A stretch of 64,000 bases of DNA from Octopus sinensis (taxonomy: Eukaryota), in NCBI RefSeq assembly GCF_006345805.1, contig NC_043000.1:129332001-129396000 (forward strand). Reading direction: 5' to 3'. Positions 1-11,807 of this stretch are shown here, piece after piece. Below the pieces are notes generated by a model, which made no database searches, was not told where the DNA came from, and was given only the letters and a program-made list of their open reading frames with translations. The position numbers and the translations under genes are program-made. Numbering within the stretch: the first letter of the stretch is position 1; every line of letters begins with the position of its first letter.

Positions 1-166
1 GTTAAATCCACTCTTGAAATGACAGATAACCTTGAACTGTGTTAACTTCCAAAATATCAGCACAGACTGACAAAAATATAAGCAATCAGGTTAGAGCAAA
101 ATTAACTGCAGTTTTAAACCATCTATTTTAAAGCGTTATATCTCTCAGCTCTGAAGAAATATTATT

Positions 167-363
167 TCTTTATTGCCTACAAGGGGCTAAACATAGAGGG
201 GACAAACAAGGACAGACAAAGGGATTAAGCCAATTAAGGAATTAATTTATCAACCCTGAAAGGATGAAAGGCAAAGTCGACCTCGGCGGAATTTGAACTC
301 AGAACGTAACAGCAGACGAAATACCACTCAGCATTTCGCCCAGCATGCTAACGTGTCTGCCAG
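167..363 (-). mobile_element. tRNA-derived SINE, family C (Nin/Deu-like core), with target-site duplication
   Basis: Minus strand has a B-box-like gagttcaaattcc and core gtcgactttgcctttcatcc, ending in an aaagaaata tail. Flanked by a direct repeat ctcagctctgaagaaatattatt at 144-166 and 364-386. Confidence 0.85.
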
Positions 364-458
364 CTCAGCTCTGAAGAAATATTATTAATTAAAATAATAC
401 TTATAGCATTTCTAGCAATATATAAACATTTCTCTGAAGAAAAGTTATTAACTAAAAT

Positions 459-870
459 ATTGGGTTGTCTGGAATGTTGATGCCGATTTTTAAAGGAAAG
501 AAAAAGGTCAATAAATACATACCATTACATTTTTAATAAACCAAATATGAACCATTTTGTTGCACAATGCGTCCCCATCTTTCCTTTAACTTGAAAATAT
601 CCTCTTCCCAGAATTGAGGTGGTTTCATGGCAAAGAATTCATCAGGGTATCTTTTTACGTCGTCCAAGGAATTGAAATTTTTACCATTAAGACTATTCTG
701 CAGAGACCTGAATAAGTGGAAATCCGAAGGAGCAATATCTGGTGAATATGGAGGGTAGGGTAACACATCCCAGCTGAGCTGCAGCAATTTTCGTCTGGTT
801 CCCAAAGCATCAAGTGCCAGAAATGAACTTTCTTATCTTCCATTTTAAAGGGATACAGAATTAACACAGG
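459..870 (-). mobile_element. mariner transposase C-terminal remnant
   Basis: ORF 533-805 contains WDVLPYPPYSPDIAPSDFHLFRSLQNSL, the mariner YSPDLAPSD motif. TIR-like tattgggttgtc near 459. Confidence 0.85.
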
Positions 871-1379
871 TTATAGGAACATAAACCCTCTTCCATGAAA
901 AGATAGCTAAAACTTTGCTCTAAATGGAAGTGTAGTCAAATCTTATTTTATGGACTCAACCATGTTCTAAAATAAGTCGAAATGTAAGCTACTATAAATC
1001 GGCATGAACTTTCCGGACAACCCAATACTAACCATTATAAACTAAACGCTTTTTCCAACAAGAAAGAAGTCTATTTATACTGATAACAGCATTCTGAAGT
1101 CCTGAAACTGATGATTTCTTCTATGACATTTTGCATTACTACTTGGTTGTTGAAGACTTTCTCTTGCAGGAGTATATTGAAATGCTTGAGTGAATGGTAG
1201 TTACTTTGTTTCATTTTCCTCTGCTCTATAATATTCATTCCTTTAGGCTTTCTGTCAGACAACTTTGTAGGCCTCGTCTTAACCTTCTTTGTAGTCCCTT
1301 ATGTTACACAGTGGCCTCGAGCCTTGTTTGGGACAAAATTGTTAAAAAGTAAAAAAAAGTAGAAAAAAAAAAAAAAAAA

Positions 1380-1544
1380 GGCACAGGAGTGGCTGTGTGG
1401 TAAGTAGCTTGCTTACCAACCACATGGTTCCGGGTTCAGTCCCAATGTGTGGCACCTTGGGCAAGTGTCTTCTACTATAGCCTCGGGCCGACCAAAGCCT
1501 TGTGAGTGGATTTGGTAGACGGAAACTGAAAGAAGCCCATCGTA

Positions 1545-1577
<33 letters not shown>

Positions 1578-1801
1578 GTGCGTGTGTGTTTGTGTGTCTG
1601 TGTTTGTGCCCCCCAACATCGCTTGACAACCGATGCTGGTGTGTTTACATCCCCGTAACTTAGCGGTTCGGCAAAAGAGACCGATAGAATAAGTACTGGG
1701 CTTACAAAGAATAAGTTCCGGGGTCGAGTTGCTCGATTAAAGGTGGTGCTCCAGCATGGCCGCAGTCAAATGACTGAAACCAGAAAAAGAGTAAAAGAGT
1801 A
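1380..1801 (+). mobile_element. tRNA-derived SINE, family A (internal TA/TG microsatellite)
   Basis: A-box-like tggctgtgtgg, B-box-like ggttcagtcc, central (TA)n/(TG)n, and 3' ggtgctccagcatggccgcagtc...aaaagagt tail. Many copies occur in the window. Confidence 0.85.
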
Positions 1802-2475
1802 TGTACCTAGGTGTTGTCATGTAAAAGAAATGGCTCCTTTGAATTAACCAATGCTGGAACATAATAGAGTTGCACTTGTTGGTACTTTTGTATCAATTTC
1901 TTGGCAATACTTCTCCACTGTTATGGTTCACTGGGGTTAAAGGAATGATAATGAATGATTCTATATGCCAGCTACCAAACAACAACCTGACAAATAGTAA
2001 TATTAAACATAAATATTAAACAGTCTTATTTTTGTTTTTCCTAAGACAAATAATTGCAATATCTAGTTTTAATACAAAAGTGAGTTTTCCAATTGAACTT
2101 TGTTGAGATTGCAATGCCAAAATTTGGTTTTAACTCTTCCAAAATGTTCCAGATATAAATGATTGCATTTTTCTTCCTCCCCTATCTTGTTCAAGTATTA
2201 GAATGTTTGACCACTTTCAGTAGTTTACCAGTTACATAGAGACAATACCATTGGACTCCTTTGAGCACAACTGTTAATTTCACATTGTGAAAAGACAACA
2301 ATTGGCAATAGTAATCAAGGCGACAGGACAACTGTCTTCCACTTGAAGTGTAAAGCATTGAGATCTTTCTGCGGATTTTAAGACATTATGGCATTCTTGA
2401 ACAGCATTGAAATTTTGGTGTGTTTGTATTGTTTATGTATATATATAAGTGTGTGTGTGTGTATTTATGTATGTG

Positions 2476-2520
<45 letters not shown>

Positions 2521-2523
2521 TAT

Positions 2524-2582
<59 letters not shown>

Positions 2583-2640
2583 ATATAGTGAAGGCACATG
2601 GCTCAGTGGTTAGAGAGTCGAGCTTATGATTGTGAATTGT

Positions 2641-4340
2641 ACCTGTGCCTCTTCCACATACACAAGCAAGTTTCCCTATTAACCTTCCTCTGATATTGCT
2701 GCACCTTTTATATGTCCAAAGCTTACACTGGGTGAATCTTATGAAGATTTTACTTATTCCTTTTCTACAGATTGAGCAGGATCATCTACCTGAAGGGATT
2801 TGTGATTTGTCTGCCGTCCTACTTACTAAGACTCTGGTTTTTGCTTGGTTAACTCTAAGGCCCTTTGACTCTAGGCCTTGCTTCCATTCCTGGAATTTCT
2901 TCTCTAGTTCTGATAGTGATTCTGCTATGAGGGCCAGGTCATCAGCATAGAGGAGCTCCCAGGGGTAGCCTGTCTTAAATTCCTGTTATTGCCTGGGGGC
3001 TTATGATGAACAAGAGGGGGCTGAGGACTGATCCTTGATGAACCCCTTCTTGTACCCTGAATACTTTGCTGTACTCATTGCCCACCCTCACCTTACTGGT
3101 AGCACCCCTGTACAAGGCTTGTACAGCTCTCACCAGCCACTTGTCTATCAGGGGACCCAGTCAAAGGTTTTCTCCTAGTGAACAAAAGCCAAGTACAGAA
3201 GTTTATCATTGATTAGGTATTTCTTGTGCAGTTGCCTTACCAGAAATATAGCATCAATGCTGCTTCTACCTGGCACAAAACCAAACTGCATCTCATCTAG
3301 ACTAACTCTCTCCCTAATTAGTTGGGTTATGACTTACAATATGGGTGACTAGACCATAAATCACACTGCCAGATATTTTAAGCATCTCAGCAGTGATTCC
3401 TGATGAGCCAGGGGCCTTCCCTGTTTTCATATCCATAACTGCTTTATATCTATCAGGGTACAGTTCATTTGGGTAGCTGATGCCTCAATTGGGTCAACAT
3501 TTGGCAGACTCTCCTCCTCCCATTCATTCTCCACATTCAGCAGCCTTTCATATTGGCATCACCAAGCCATTCTTTGCAGAATCATTAAAAGCAAGTGCAC
3601 CATCATCCATGCAGATACATTTCTCTCCTATGACAACACAATTTTCTCTCACACACTGTCTTGCAATCTGAAATACTTCAGTTCTTTGGTCCGCATGTCG
3701 CTGAACAGAGGCAAACTTCTTTTCTGCTTCTTCCTTGGCTAGATATACCTGTCTCATAGCTTCCCTTCTGGCTATCTGATACAGTTCCCTGCTACCCTCA
3801 CTCTTCCATGCTTTCCAGGCCTGTTTCTTTGTTCTAATGGCCCTGTCTACAGTATCGTTCAACCACAATGTTACCCTATGTCTGAAAGGGACTTTGCACC
3901 AGCCACAGATTTGGTCTGTGGTACTCAGTAAGCTATCCCACAGGAATTCTCAGTTGCCCTCTATGTCACAAGCCTGTAGCTCCTCCTCTCACTCATCAAA
4001 TTTCTTAGTTAGGATGTCCCTAAATTTCTGACCATATGAAGGGTCATTAAGCTTCCAAATCCTTCTTTTCCAGATTGGTCTGCTTCTTGGCATCCTTCTA
4101 GCCTGGAGTCTAAAGTCACTAACGATTAGTCGGTGCTGGGAGATACATTCTTCAACAGGGAGGATCTTTGTATTTAAGAGCAACCATGCATCCTGCTGTG
4201 TGGTGAGAATGAAATCGATCTGGCTAGTACAGTCACCTGACTGATAGGATATCAGATGGCTGGCTGGCTTACTGAAGTTGGTGTTGCAGATCAGTAGGTT
4301 ATTTGATTTGCTTCACAGAACTCCAGTAACCTTGTTCCCT
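2641..4340 (-). mobile_element. degenerate internal fragment of the RTE-clade LINE family seen at 30581-35040
   Basis: Broken ORFs (3548-3868, 3989-4183) align by eye to the 839-aa ORF, e.g. EECISQHRLIVSDF and DRAIRTKKQAWKAWK. Multiple stops and frameshifts. Confidence 0.9.
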
Positions 4341-4703
4341 CTTCATTTTGTGAATCAATTCCATAGCCCCCATGGAATATATATATATATACATACATAC
4401 ATGTATACATATATGTATACACACACACATGCACATAATTATATAATTGGTCAGTAGTTCATAAAGAAGCATGTTCTAAAAGTTAAGTATGTGTATATAT
4501 ATATATATACATACATACATACAGATACAGATATAAATACACATGTATATATACATATACAATGAGCTTCTTTCAGTTTCCATCTACCAAATCCATGGGC
4601 TATAGTAGAAGACATTTATCCAAGGTGCCTTACGATGGTTTTGAACAAAGAACTGTGTTTGAGAAGAAAGCTTCTTTACCACTCAGCCATGCCGGTGCCT
4701 ATA

Positions 4704-4907
4704 TGAGGCGGTGCTGGAAAGTTCATGGCTTTAAGGGTATCATGAAAGGCCTGGTTGAATGCAACTTCTTTTCCAGGGCTTAGAAAAACAGAAGGACCAC
4801 TGCAACAAGTGTGTGAATCTGAGAGGGGAATATGCTGTATCAAATCATAATGAACTGGTTCTCCTGTATTTTCTTTTACCGAAAACCAAGAACTTTTCAG
4901 CGCCTCA
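4704..4907. mobile_element. mariner-derived MITE
   Basis: Imperfect TIRs tgaggcggtgctggaaagttcatgg (4704-4728) and ccaagaacttttcagcgcctca (4886-4907), with TA on both sides. Confidence 0.75.
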
Positions 4908-5007
4908 TATATTACAGATGCATAGATACATACAGTTAAATATTCAACAAATTTTAAAATAAAGAAAGTGTTACATATTGTTTGTTTAGTTTTTTTTTCT
5001 TTTAAAT

Positions 5008-5214
5008 TTTATTCATTAAATTTTTAGTTCCAAGTATTACAACAAAACTGTCAGAAAATATTATTATTGACAGATACAAATATAAATTTTTGTTTTATTG
5101 TTTTTATTCTGTTATTACATTAAAAATAACATTTTCATAAAAAGAAACTTTAAAATTCTTTATGTCTTTATTTTTTGTGCTTAAATGTAAATATCCGTAT
5201 TAATATGCTTTATT
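5008..5214 (-). terminator. candidate polyadenylation region of the 379-aa gene
   Basis: Cluster of minus-strand AATAAA (tttatt on + at 5008, 5094, 5103, 5167, 5209) about 0.75-0.95 kb downstream of the stop. The background is AT-rich, so specificity is weak. Confidence 0.35.
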
Positions 5215-5950
5215 TCAATTATAAAACTCAATCTAATAATATACTATAAAATTATAATAGTGATAGGATGATGCTGATAATAATAAATTCTTCTGTAGAT
5301 TGACCACAATTGGTAGCTCATTGGTAGACCATGCCCTGTTGTATTTAGCAATGATTCATGTTTTGCATTCAAATCTCATGACTCTCTATCGATTATTAGC
5401 TTGAATTTATAATAAACCAGCTAAATTTAGATGACTTGCTCTGAGATACTTTGAGTTAACTGTGTGACCATCTCCAAATACAACAATATATATATATATT
5501 GTAAATAAGTACCACTGTTATACAAGTGGTGTTATTCATTTCCAATATTCTGTGAAAACATGTCTGCTCATGGGGAAATATTACTTTGATTGGAAACAGG
5601 TGAAAGTTGGTGACAGGAAGGGCATCTGGCTGTAGAAAGTTTGCCTTGATAAACTCCATCCAACCTATGCAAGCATGAAAAGTGGATGGGAACACATTTA
5701 TACTGTGTACATATGCACATATGATGGTCTGAGCACTGAGTTTAAAGCTTTCCCTGCTAAATGGAAATGATCAAGAGGAAAATGGTTTTTGAGCAGAATG
5801 AATTTCTCAGAAAAGACGGATTAAGAAAAAGAAACTGTTACTGCTGTTTGAAAGCTTCGAAGCAAAATAGTATTTTCTAAATTGTTAGTGAAATATTAAG
5901 AAACATGGAAAAAATAAAATATTGGAAATCAAAAATTTTAAAGTTTCATT

Positions 5951-7090
5951 TCAGTAAAAATCAAATTCTTTGAAAATTGGTCGATCTTCAATGGGAGTAT
6001 TCAGTTTAGAAAAACGACGGAAAAAGGGATGTCTTGGATGATGTGAGAAATGATCAAATGGTGGTCTGTCATATCTAGAATTCCATGTAAAATCTGCTTT
6101 GTCTTGGCTTTTTTCAAATCTTTGGTGAAAAGGGCCATGCTGGCCAAAATTTTCTGGTCTGCCAAAATGACGATGACTATCAAAATGCCATTCTTTGGGA
6201 GAATAGGAGGAATCATGTGTTTGTCTTGGCATCTGAAAGAAGCTGTTTTCAGATGGGTGACAGTTGTATTCATAATTTGGTCTTTGGAAATATCTCGGAT
6301 CTACAAAGTGATCTGGTCCACCATAATGACAAGGGATGTCAAAAGGACCTCTTCTATGAGATTGCCATGGAGCATTAAATTGCCATGGATTCATGAAGTG
6401 ATCTGGACCTCCATACATACATGGTCTATCAAAGTAATTTGGCATGTCCTCACAGTCAGGGCTAATAAAGTGATTTGGTCCACCATAAAAGCAGGGTACC
6501 TCAAAAGAATTGCCTCTACCAGGAAAACCATGATGACCTGGTCTATTGAAAGAAGGAGGAATATCTGAAAAGTGTGGTCTTCTAAACTGATCAAAATGCT
6601 CTGAATGGTTGGAGAAATTATGATTCCCAAAATGCCTCCCCATGTGGCAAGAAGAATCGGCATGACATTCTTCATGTTTGCTCTGATTTAGATTCTCAGT
6701 CTTGGAATCTTTACTTTCTTTGTCTTTTGAATTGTCCTTCTGATGGCATGAACAATTGGAATGATCTGAAAAAGTATTCCAGCCACTTCTAAAATAGTAA
6801 GGATGGCAACAATCATTTTGGTATCTACCAAAAAATCCAGGAAAATGGTGATTCTCTTCAGATATCTGTTTCTCTTTCATTGGATTGCAATTAGAAAATC
6901 TTCCATGTTTCCCAGAGTTACATGGTGTTTTCTTGGATGTATCTTTCTGTTGATTCTCTTTCTCAGTGTTCTTCCCTTCTGCTGCAGCAGGTATGTTTTC
7001 TTTATCAACATGTTCTTTGGCATCTGTTACCTTCAAATTTTGGTCTTTCTTGACTTCAGGAATTTCTTTCTTGCTGCTTTCTTCAGCCAT
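5951..7090 (-). CDS. unrecognised 379-aa low-complexity protein: charged N-terminus, His/Phe/Cys/Pro/Gly-rich C-terminal two-thirds, three 13-aa repeats
   Basis: Uninterrupted 1140-nt ORF with no microsatellite or TE motifs. ATG context acaATGG. Strong acceptor 23 nt upstream. Repeats differ mainly at synonymous and x positions. Confidence 0.8.
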   Translation of the reverse strand: MAEESSKKEIPEVKKDQNLKVTDAKEHVDKENIPAAAEGKNTEKENQQKDTSKKTPCNSGKHGRFSNCNPMKEKQISEENHHFPGFFGRYQNDCCHPYYFRSGWNTFSDHSNCSCHQKDNSKDKESKDSKTENLNQSKHEECHADSSCHMGRHFGNHNFSNHSEHFDQFRRPHFSDIPPSFNRPGHHGFPGRGNSFEVPCFYGGPNHFISPDCEDMPNYFDRPCMYGGPDHFMNPWQFNAPWQSHRRGPFDIPCHYGGPDHFVDPRYFQRPNYEYNCHPSENSFFQMPRQTHDSSYSPKEWHFDSHRHFGRPENFGQHGPFHQRFEKSQDKADFTWNSRYDRPPFDHFSHHPRHPFFRRFSKLNTPIEDRPIFKEFDFY

Positions 7091-7113
7091 TGTAAATTAT
7101 TTTGTATGTTGTT

Positions 7114-7140
7114 CTGTAAGATACAATAAGAAAGAAAAGT
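7114..7140 (-). promoter_or_regulatory. 3' splice site preceding the coding exon of the 379-aa gene
   Basis: Minus strand reads acttttctttcttattgtatcttacag|aacaacatacaaaataatttacaATG: a polypyrimidine tract plus CAG, with the exon starting at 7113. Confidence 0.7.
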
Positions 7141-7347
7141 AGAGAAAAGAAATATTATAAAACATATTAACCAAAAATGATATTTTAAATACTAACAAGG
7201 TATTTTTTCACATTGTGAATTTTGAATGTGAGCATATGCATGTATGTGCACGCATACTTATCTATGGTAGTTTTCTGTCACTACAGAAAACTCACCCACA
7301 CATAGTCACTCACAAATACTAGATCGTGCATATATTTGATGTATATA

Positions 7348-7790
7348 CAGGGTACAGTGAATAAACTGTCGTTCAAATTATGCAAAAATGAAAATAACAG
7401 ACATCCTATTTTAACAGATATGTTTACCAAAATTATATGAAAATATCTTGAAATACTAAAGAGTAAATTTATTCAACAAAATCGCCGTTGGCTTCAACCA
7501 CAGCCTCCGGATGACTTCAGAATCTTCTGCAACCCTTCTGGATGATCTCGTTTAAGTTGGTGAATGCTGCCATAATCCTTGCCATCAGTTCATCTTTGGT
7601 GTTACAAGGAGTTTTGTTGGTCTCTCACTCAACATAATAATCAAGGGGGTTGCAGTCTGGGGAGTTAGGTGGCCAGATGTTAGGAGTGATGTGGTCACAG
7701 GAATTGTTTGACTTCTGCTCAGCACTCCATTGGCACAACTCTTATGATCACTGTCACACACAAGCCACGATATTACAACAAGGACTGGAT
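7348..7790 (-). mobile_element. Tc1/mariner (maT/DD37D-like) transposase 3' remnant
   Basis: Minus strand translates to DHITPNIWPPNSPDCNPLDYY...TKDELMARIMAAF. TIR-like ta|cagggtacagtgaataaa at 7346. Confidence 0.75.
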
Positions 7791-9894
7791 CTTGTGATAA
7801 GCACAAATATTTTAATAATCTATATCAAGTGCAAACAATAGTCACAAAAGATACAGTGGGATCATTAGTTGATGGATAGCCAACAACTTTTAACGGCATA
7901 AATGTTGAGGTGTCATTAATAGTTGCAGCGTTAATGTAACAAAGTCTATAAATTACTAGTATGGTCCACTCAGAGTACTAAACAGTTTCTGTTAACTAGG
8001 TGACCTAATTATTACTGGAATATAACTATTTGTGAATATATCAAAGGTAGACTAACAAAGCAGAGGAGGAAATTTAGGGGCCTTTGTGGTTGTTAAGTCC
8101 CACATCTGCCCTGGGTAAAGAAACAAACCTATGATTAAAAACAGTCTGTTCATGACTTTACAATCTCTCTCTGAAGACATGGTATATCAAGGGCAACACC
8201 ATTCAATATGTCTATTTATTTTTTAAAGCTATTTGGGTGTGATATGAGAGAAATTTAATAGCTACTTGTGAATAAAATGTGTTGCTTAAAATACATTATT
8301 TTGTTTTTTTACATCTGGTTTTCTAAGCTTTGGCTCTAAAGTTGACAAACTACATTTTAATTCTGTGACACACTTTCCAGCAATATTTATTGATAAATAA
8401 TTGGTTGAGAATATATTTTATTGAAATTATGTACTGGTTATATAAAAAGAGCAAGAATTTACATTAGTAAAGAGCTGGGAAGGTAAGAAATATCTAATAT
8501 GCTGACAAAAGTATTTTACTATAGAATGAAAGGTGACAGGTTATTTTTGAGGCATTGACACCTGCCATAGTGGCCCTTGAGCCAATAAGAGAGAGTCCAG
8601 GCAGTCATTTCAACTGCTTGAAACAGAAGTCATCAAATGTTTCTTAAATCGCAAAAAAAAAAAAAAAAAAAAAAACATTTTTAAACAAAAGTATGTAGAC
8701 CTTAGTACACTAATACATATGATGTAGAACTAGATAACTATTCCTGAATGAAAAAAAAGATTAAAAAAAGGGAAATGTATTTTTACAAAGCAGTTGTTAT
8801 TATTGTTGTGATTTTAGCCTTCATAAGCAAACATGTGGTCAAGGCTTTTGAAAAGAGCCAGCAGTTATTTAGGTAAGCCATTTGCTTCCTATGGAGAAGA
8901 TGTCATGGATGACTTTTCTCCACTATTCTCGACTCTGGGCTGTCATTTCCTTTCACAAGTCTTGTTGGTTTTGAATTTTTATTGATGCTTCTGTAACTTT
9001 GCTTTTCTTTTCCTGAGTAGGGGTGTTGGCCCTACAGAAACCCATTTTACCTAGGAACAGGTGGTCCATATTGTTCAGGTCTGCATTATTTGACCTTTCC
9101 AGTATTGGGGCCCTATCAGGAGCTTGCATTCCACTGGCATGACTCTCAGCATCATTGAGGTACCCTAGCCTTTTCACTGCAACAATGAATGGACCTTGTG
9201 GTGGCAGTAGTTGTTTAGGGTTGACGTGTTTGCTGGACCTGAAAAGGTGAGCAAGTCTTTAGGATGTAGTTTTAGCTGCTATGAATATGCAATTATTGGG
9301 AGAGACTTCTGGTGATTCACTGTGCTTGAGAAGACACTTCAAGCTAAGTAAAATTGTGGCCATCCATACATACAAACATGTCCCTCTGTGAGCCATGAGG
9401 CCCTTGCCTTGTGAGTTTGGAGGAGCTAGTTCCACGTAAAAAGTACTTGTTTTGGTAATCATGTAAAAAACATCATCATCACCATTTAACATCTGTTTTC
9501 CATACTGGCATGGGTTGGATGGGTTTTTTTCAGAGCTGGAAAGTCAGAGAGCTGTTGTTTGTTTTGGTGTGGTTTCTATGGATGGATGCCCTTCTTAATA
9601 CCAACAACATTACAAAGTGTACTGGGTGCTTTTTTTTCTACATGGCACCAAATAACTTGCAAGACAAGATCCCTCAATTGAGGGTGTGTGTACTACTGAG
9701 GGAGGTGGCCTTGTGCCAAATAATGAGAGGTTAATGTATAATAGGACAGAAACATGTGTCTTGCTGTAGAGGAGTTATAGGGCTACCCCAGTTGGAAAAC
9801 AGAGAGACGGTGGTGAAAGGGTGACAGGGCATACTAATGTAAGTTGAAGTAGTACAGAAGATTGGGCAAGGCAAATGGAGAGGTAAGTTGTATA

Positions 9895-10864
9895 TGAGGT
9901 GCTTTCAAAAAGTATTCAGTTTTATTTTTTCCCACTGAAATTAATGCTGCATGGGAAAAATCCTTTGGGTGAGAGGTTATACAACCCTTCCTGCATGTGT
10001 GGGAAAATTTTCATGCTGGTAGGCTGCTATGCCTAGGGTATGGCCATGTGGTGCACACTTTTTGGATTTTTATTCCTACCAAATGCATTAAGTAGAGATA
10101 TTGCATCAAGTTTTGCCAAACATTTGATGATACTCCAGTTCATACCATCCAGAAGAGTCAGCAGGCCTTTGGTGAACTCAGATCAAGGAGTGGTACAACT
10201 GCTTCAAACATGGCAACACCTCAGTGGAGAGCAAGGCATGCTCAGGCATGCCATCCACAAACAAGAAGGAAGAGATGATTGAGAAGGTTCAGCAAATAGT
10301 TATGAAAGACCATTCATGTAAGAAATCAGAAAATTGCTCAGAAAGTGAGAATAAGCACAGAAACAGTGAATTAAATTTTAACAGAGGATTTGTGAATGCA
10401 GAGGGTGTCAGCGAAATTCATCCACAAGGCACAGACAGAGCAGCAGAAGAAACTTCACATGGAAATCATTCAGGCTAAGTAATATTGTGGCCATCCATAC
10501 ATACAAGCATGTCCCTCTGTGAGCCATGTGGCCCTTGCTTTGTGAATTTGGAGGAGCTAGTTCCATGGACTGCAATCCACAACCGAGACATCATGAAGAC
10601 TGTCATTGCTGGTGATGAGACATAGGCTTACGGTCTCTGTTCGATGAGGTCAGTCATCTTGCATGAAAATGAAAGTCTGATGAGCATGCACACTACACCT
10701 CTGTACTTTAAACGGAGCAGCTAGGAACTGATATGGCCTATTGGTGCAAAAATTTTCATGCATGCACAGGAAGGGTGGCATGACGTCTCACCCAAAGGAT
10801 TTTGTCCATAAAGCATCAGTTTTGGTGGGAAAAAATAAAATTGGATACTCTTTGAACACACTTT

Positions 10865-10865
<1 letters not shown>
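9895..10865 (+). mobile_element. degenerate, internally deleted mariner element
   Basis: Imperfect TIRs (tgaggtgctttcaaaaagtattc / ggatactctttgaacacactttg). Residual transposase peptides CIKFCQ, WYNCFKHG, ILTEDL.MQRVSAKF and IAGDET. Confidence 0.75.
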
Positions 10866-10908
<43 letters not shown>

Positions 10909-11039
10909 TTATATCTGTATATATGTTTATCGTTATTCAGTTTATTTCAATATTTCTAGCCAATAGAGAAAGAATAGGTTTCTAACCTAGATCCAAGGCT
11001 CCTTCATTGGAATTTCAACATCAACAACAGGGTATTTTT

Positions 11040-11408
11040 GTTTGTTTGTATGTATGTATGTATGTATGTATGTATGTATGTATGCAGATTTGTATGTTTT
11101 GCTTTATGTATGTATTCTCATGCATATAGTTGCTCATATATATTTAAATGATAAACTTCTGGAAAGTTTTACAGATTTTTACAGTTCCAGTGATAGACTG
11201 GATCTGTAGTCTTCGAATTAGCTTTCTCCTTTCTGGTTTTGAGAAGACTAATTTCTCAAGATTGGTATTTAGGCAGTGTGTTACATATCCCAGAGCCCCA
11301 ATAATTACAGATATAAACCTGAACTTGTAATCTGGATAGAGTAACTGCAGATTTCTCAATAGTTCAGCGTAGGTGTTCTCTTTTTCACTGATCTTCAGCT
11401 TTATAATG
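11040..11408 (-). mobile_element. 3' fragment of a REL-endonuclease non-LTR retrotransposon (R4/Dong or NeSL-like)
   Basis: ORF 11144-11359 (LLYPDYKFRFISVIIGALG...LQIQSITGTVKICKTF) resembles REL C-termini and is followed by a (TACA)n tail. Confidence 0.65.
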
Positions 11409-11807
11409 TACTAGCAGTATCGCCCGGCGTTGCTCGGGTTGTAAGGGAAATAACTATATAAGCATTTTTAGAGAGTTATAGCCAAAAAATAGCAAAAAAA
11501 TGCATTAAAAATTGAAAAAAATTAAGGTAAATTTTTTTTTTAAATCGTTGACACATCGTAGATATTTTTAGAGAGTTACTTCCCTTATATAAAAGCGAAA
11601 AAAATGCATTAAAATGGAAAAAAATGATGGTAAATTTTTTTTAAATTGTAGACTCATCGTAGACGCGCGCTAATACCCAGAAGGGCTCGATATGAATCAC
11701 GACTATAAGATACCCGCTTTTGGTTAAACTGCACCGCAAAATGTGGGAGTAGTTACGAATCTAAATCGTAGGAGACAGACACACAACTTCACTCTTATAT
11801 AAAGATG
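11409..11807 (+). mobile_element. non-autonomous Helitron/Helentron-like (DINE-1/Lep1-type) element
   Basis: 5' tactagcagtatcgcccggcgttgctcggg, internal ~105-bp tandem units, and 3' ggagtagttacgaatctaaatcgtaggagacagacacac...tatataaagat. The class call rests on terminal resemblance only. Confidence 0.5.

Noticed and set aside
6050-6568. 172-aa and 108-aa (6803-7129) ORFs antisense to the 379-aa gene
   Set aside because: Shadow ORFs arising from the codon composition of the real minus-strand ORF. No independent signals.
5951-7090. Calling the orphan a reflectin, suckerin or histidine-rich beak protein
   Set aside because: It lacks the Met-rich M/FD(X)5MD reflectin motif, the GGY/Ala-His suckerin modules and a signal peptide. 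Only the compositional flavour is similar.
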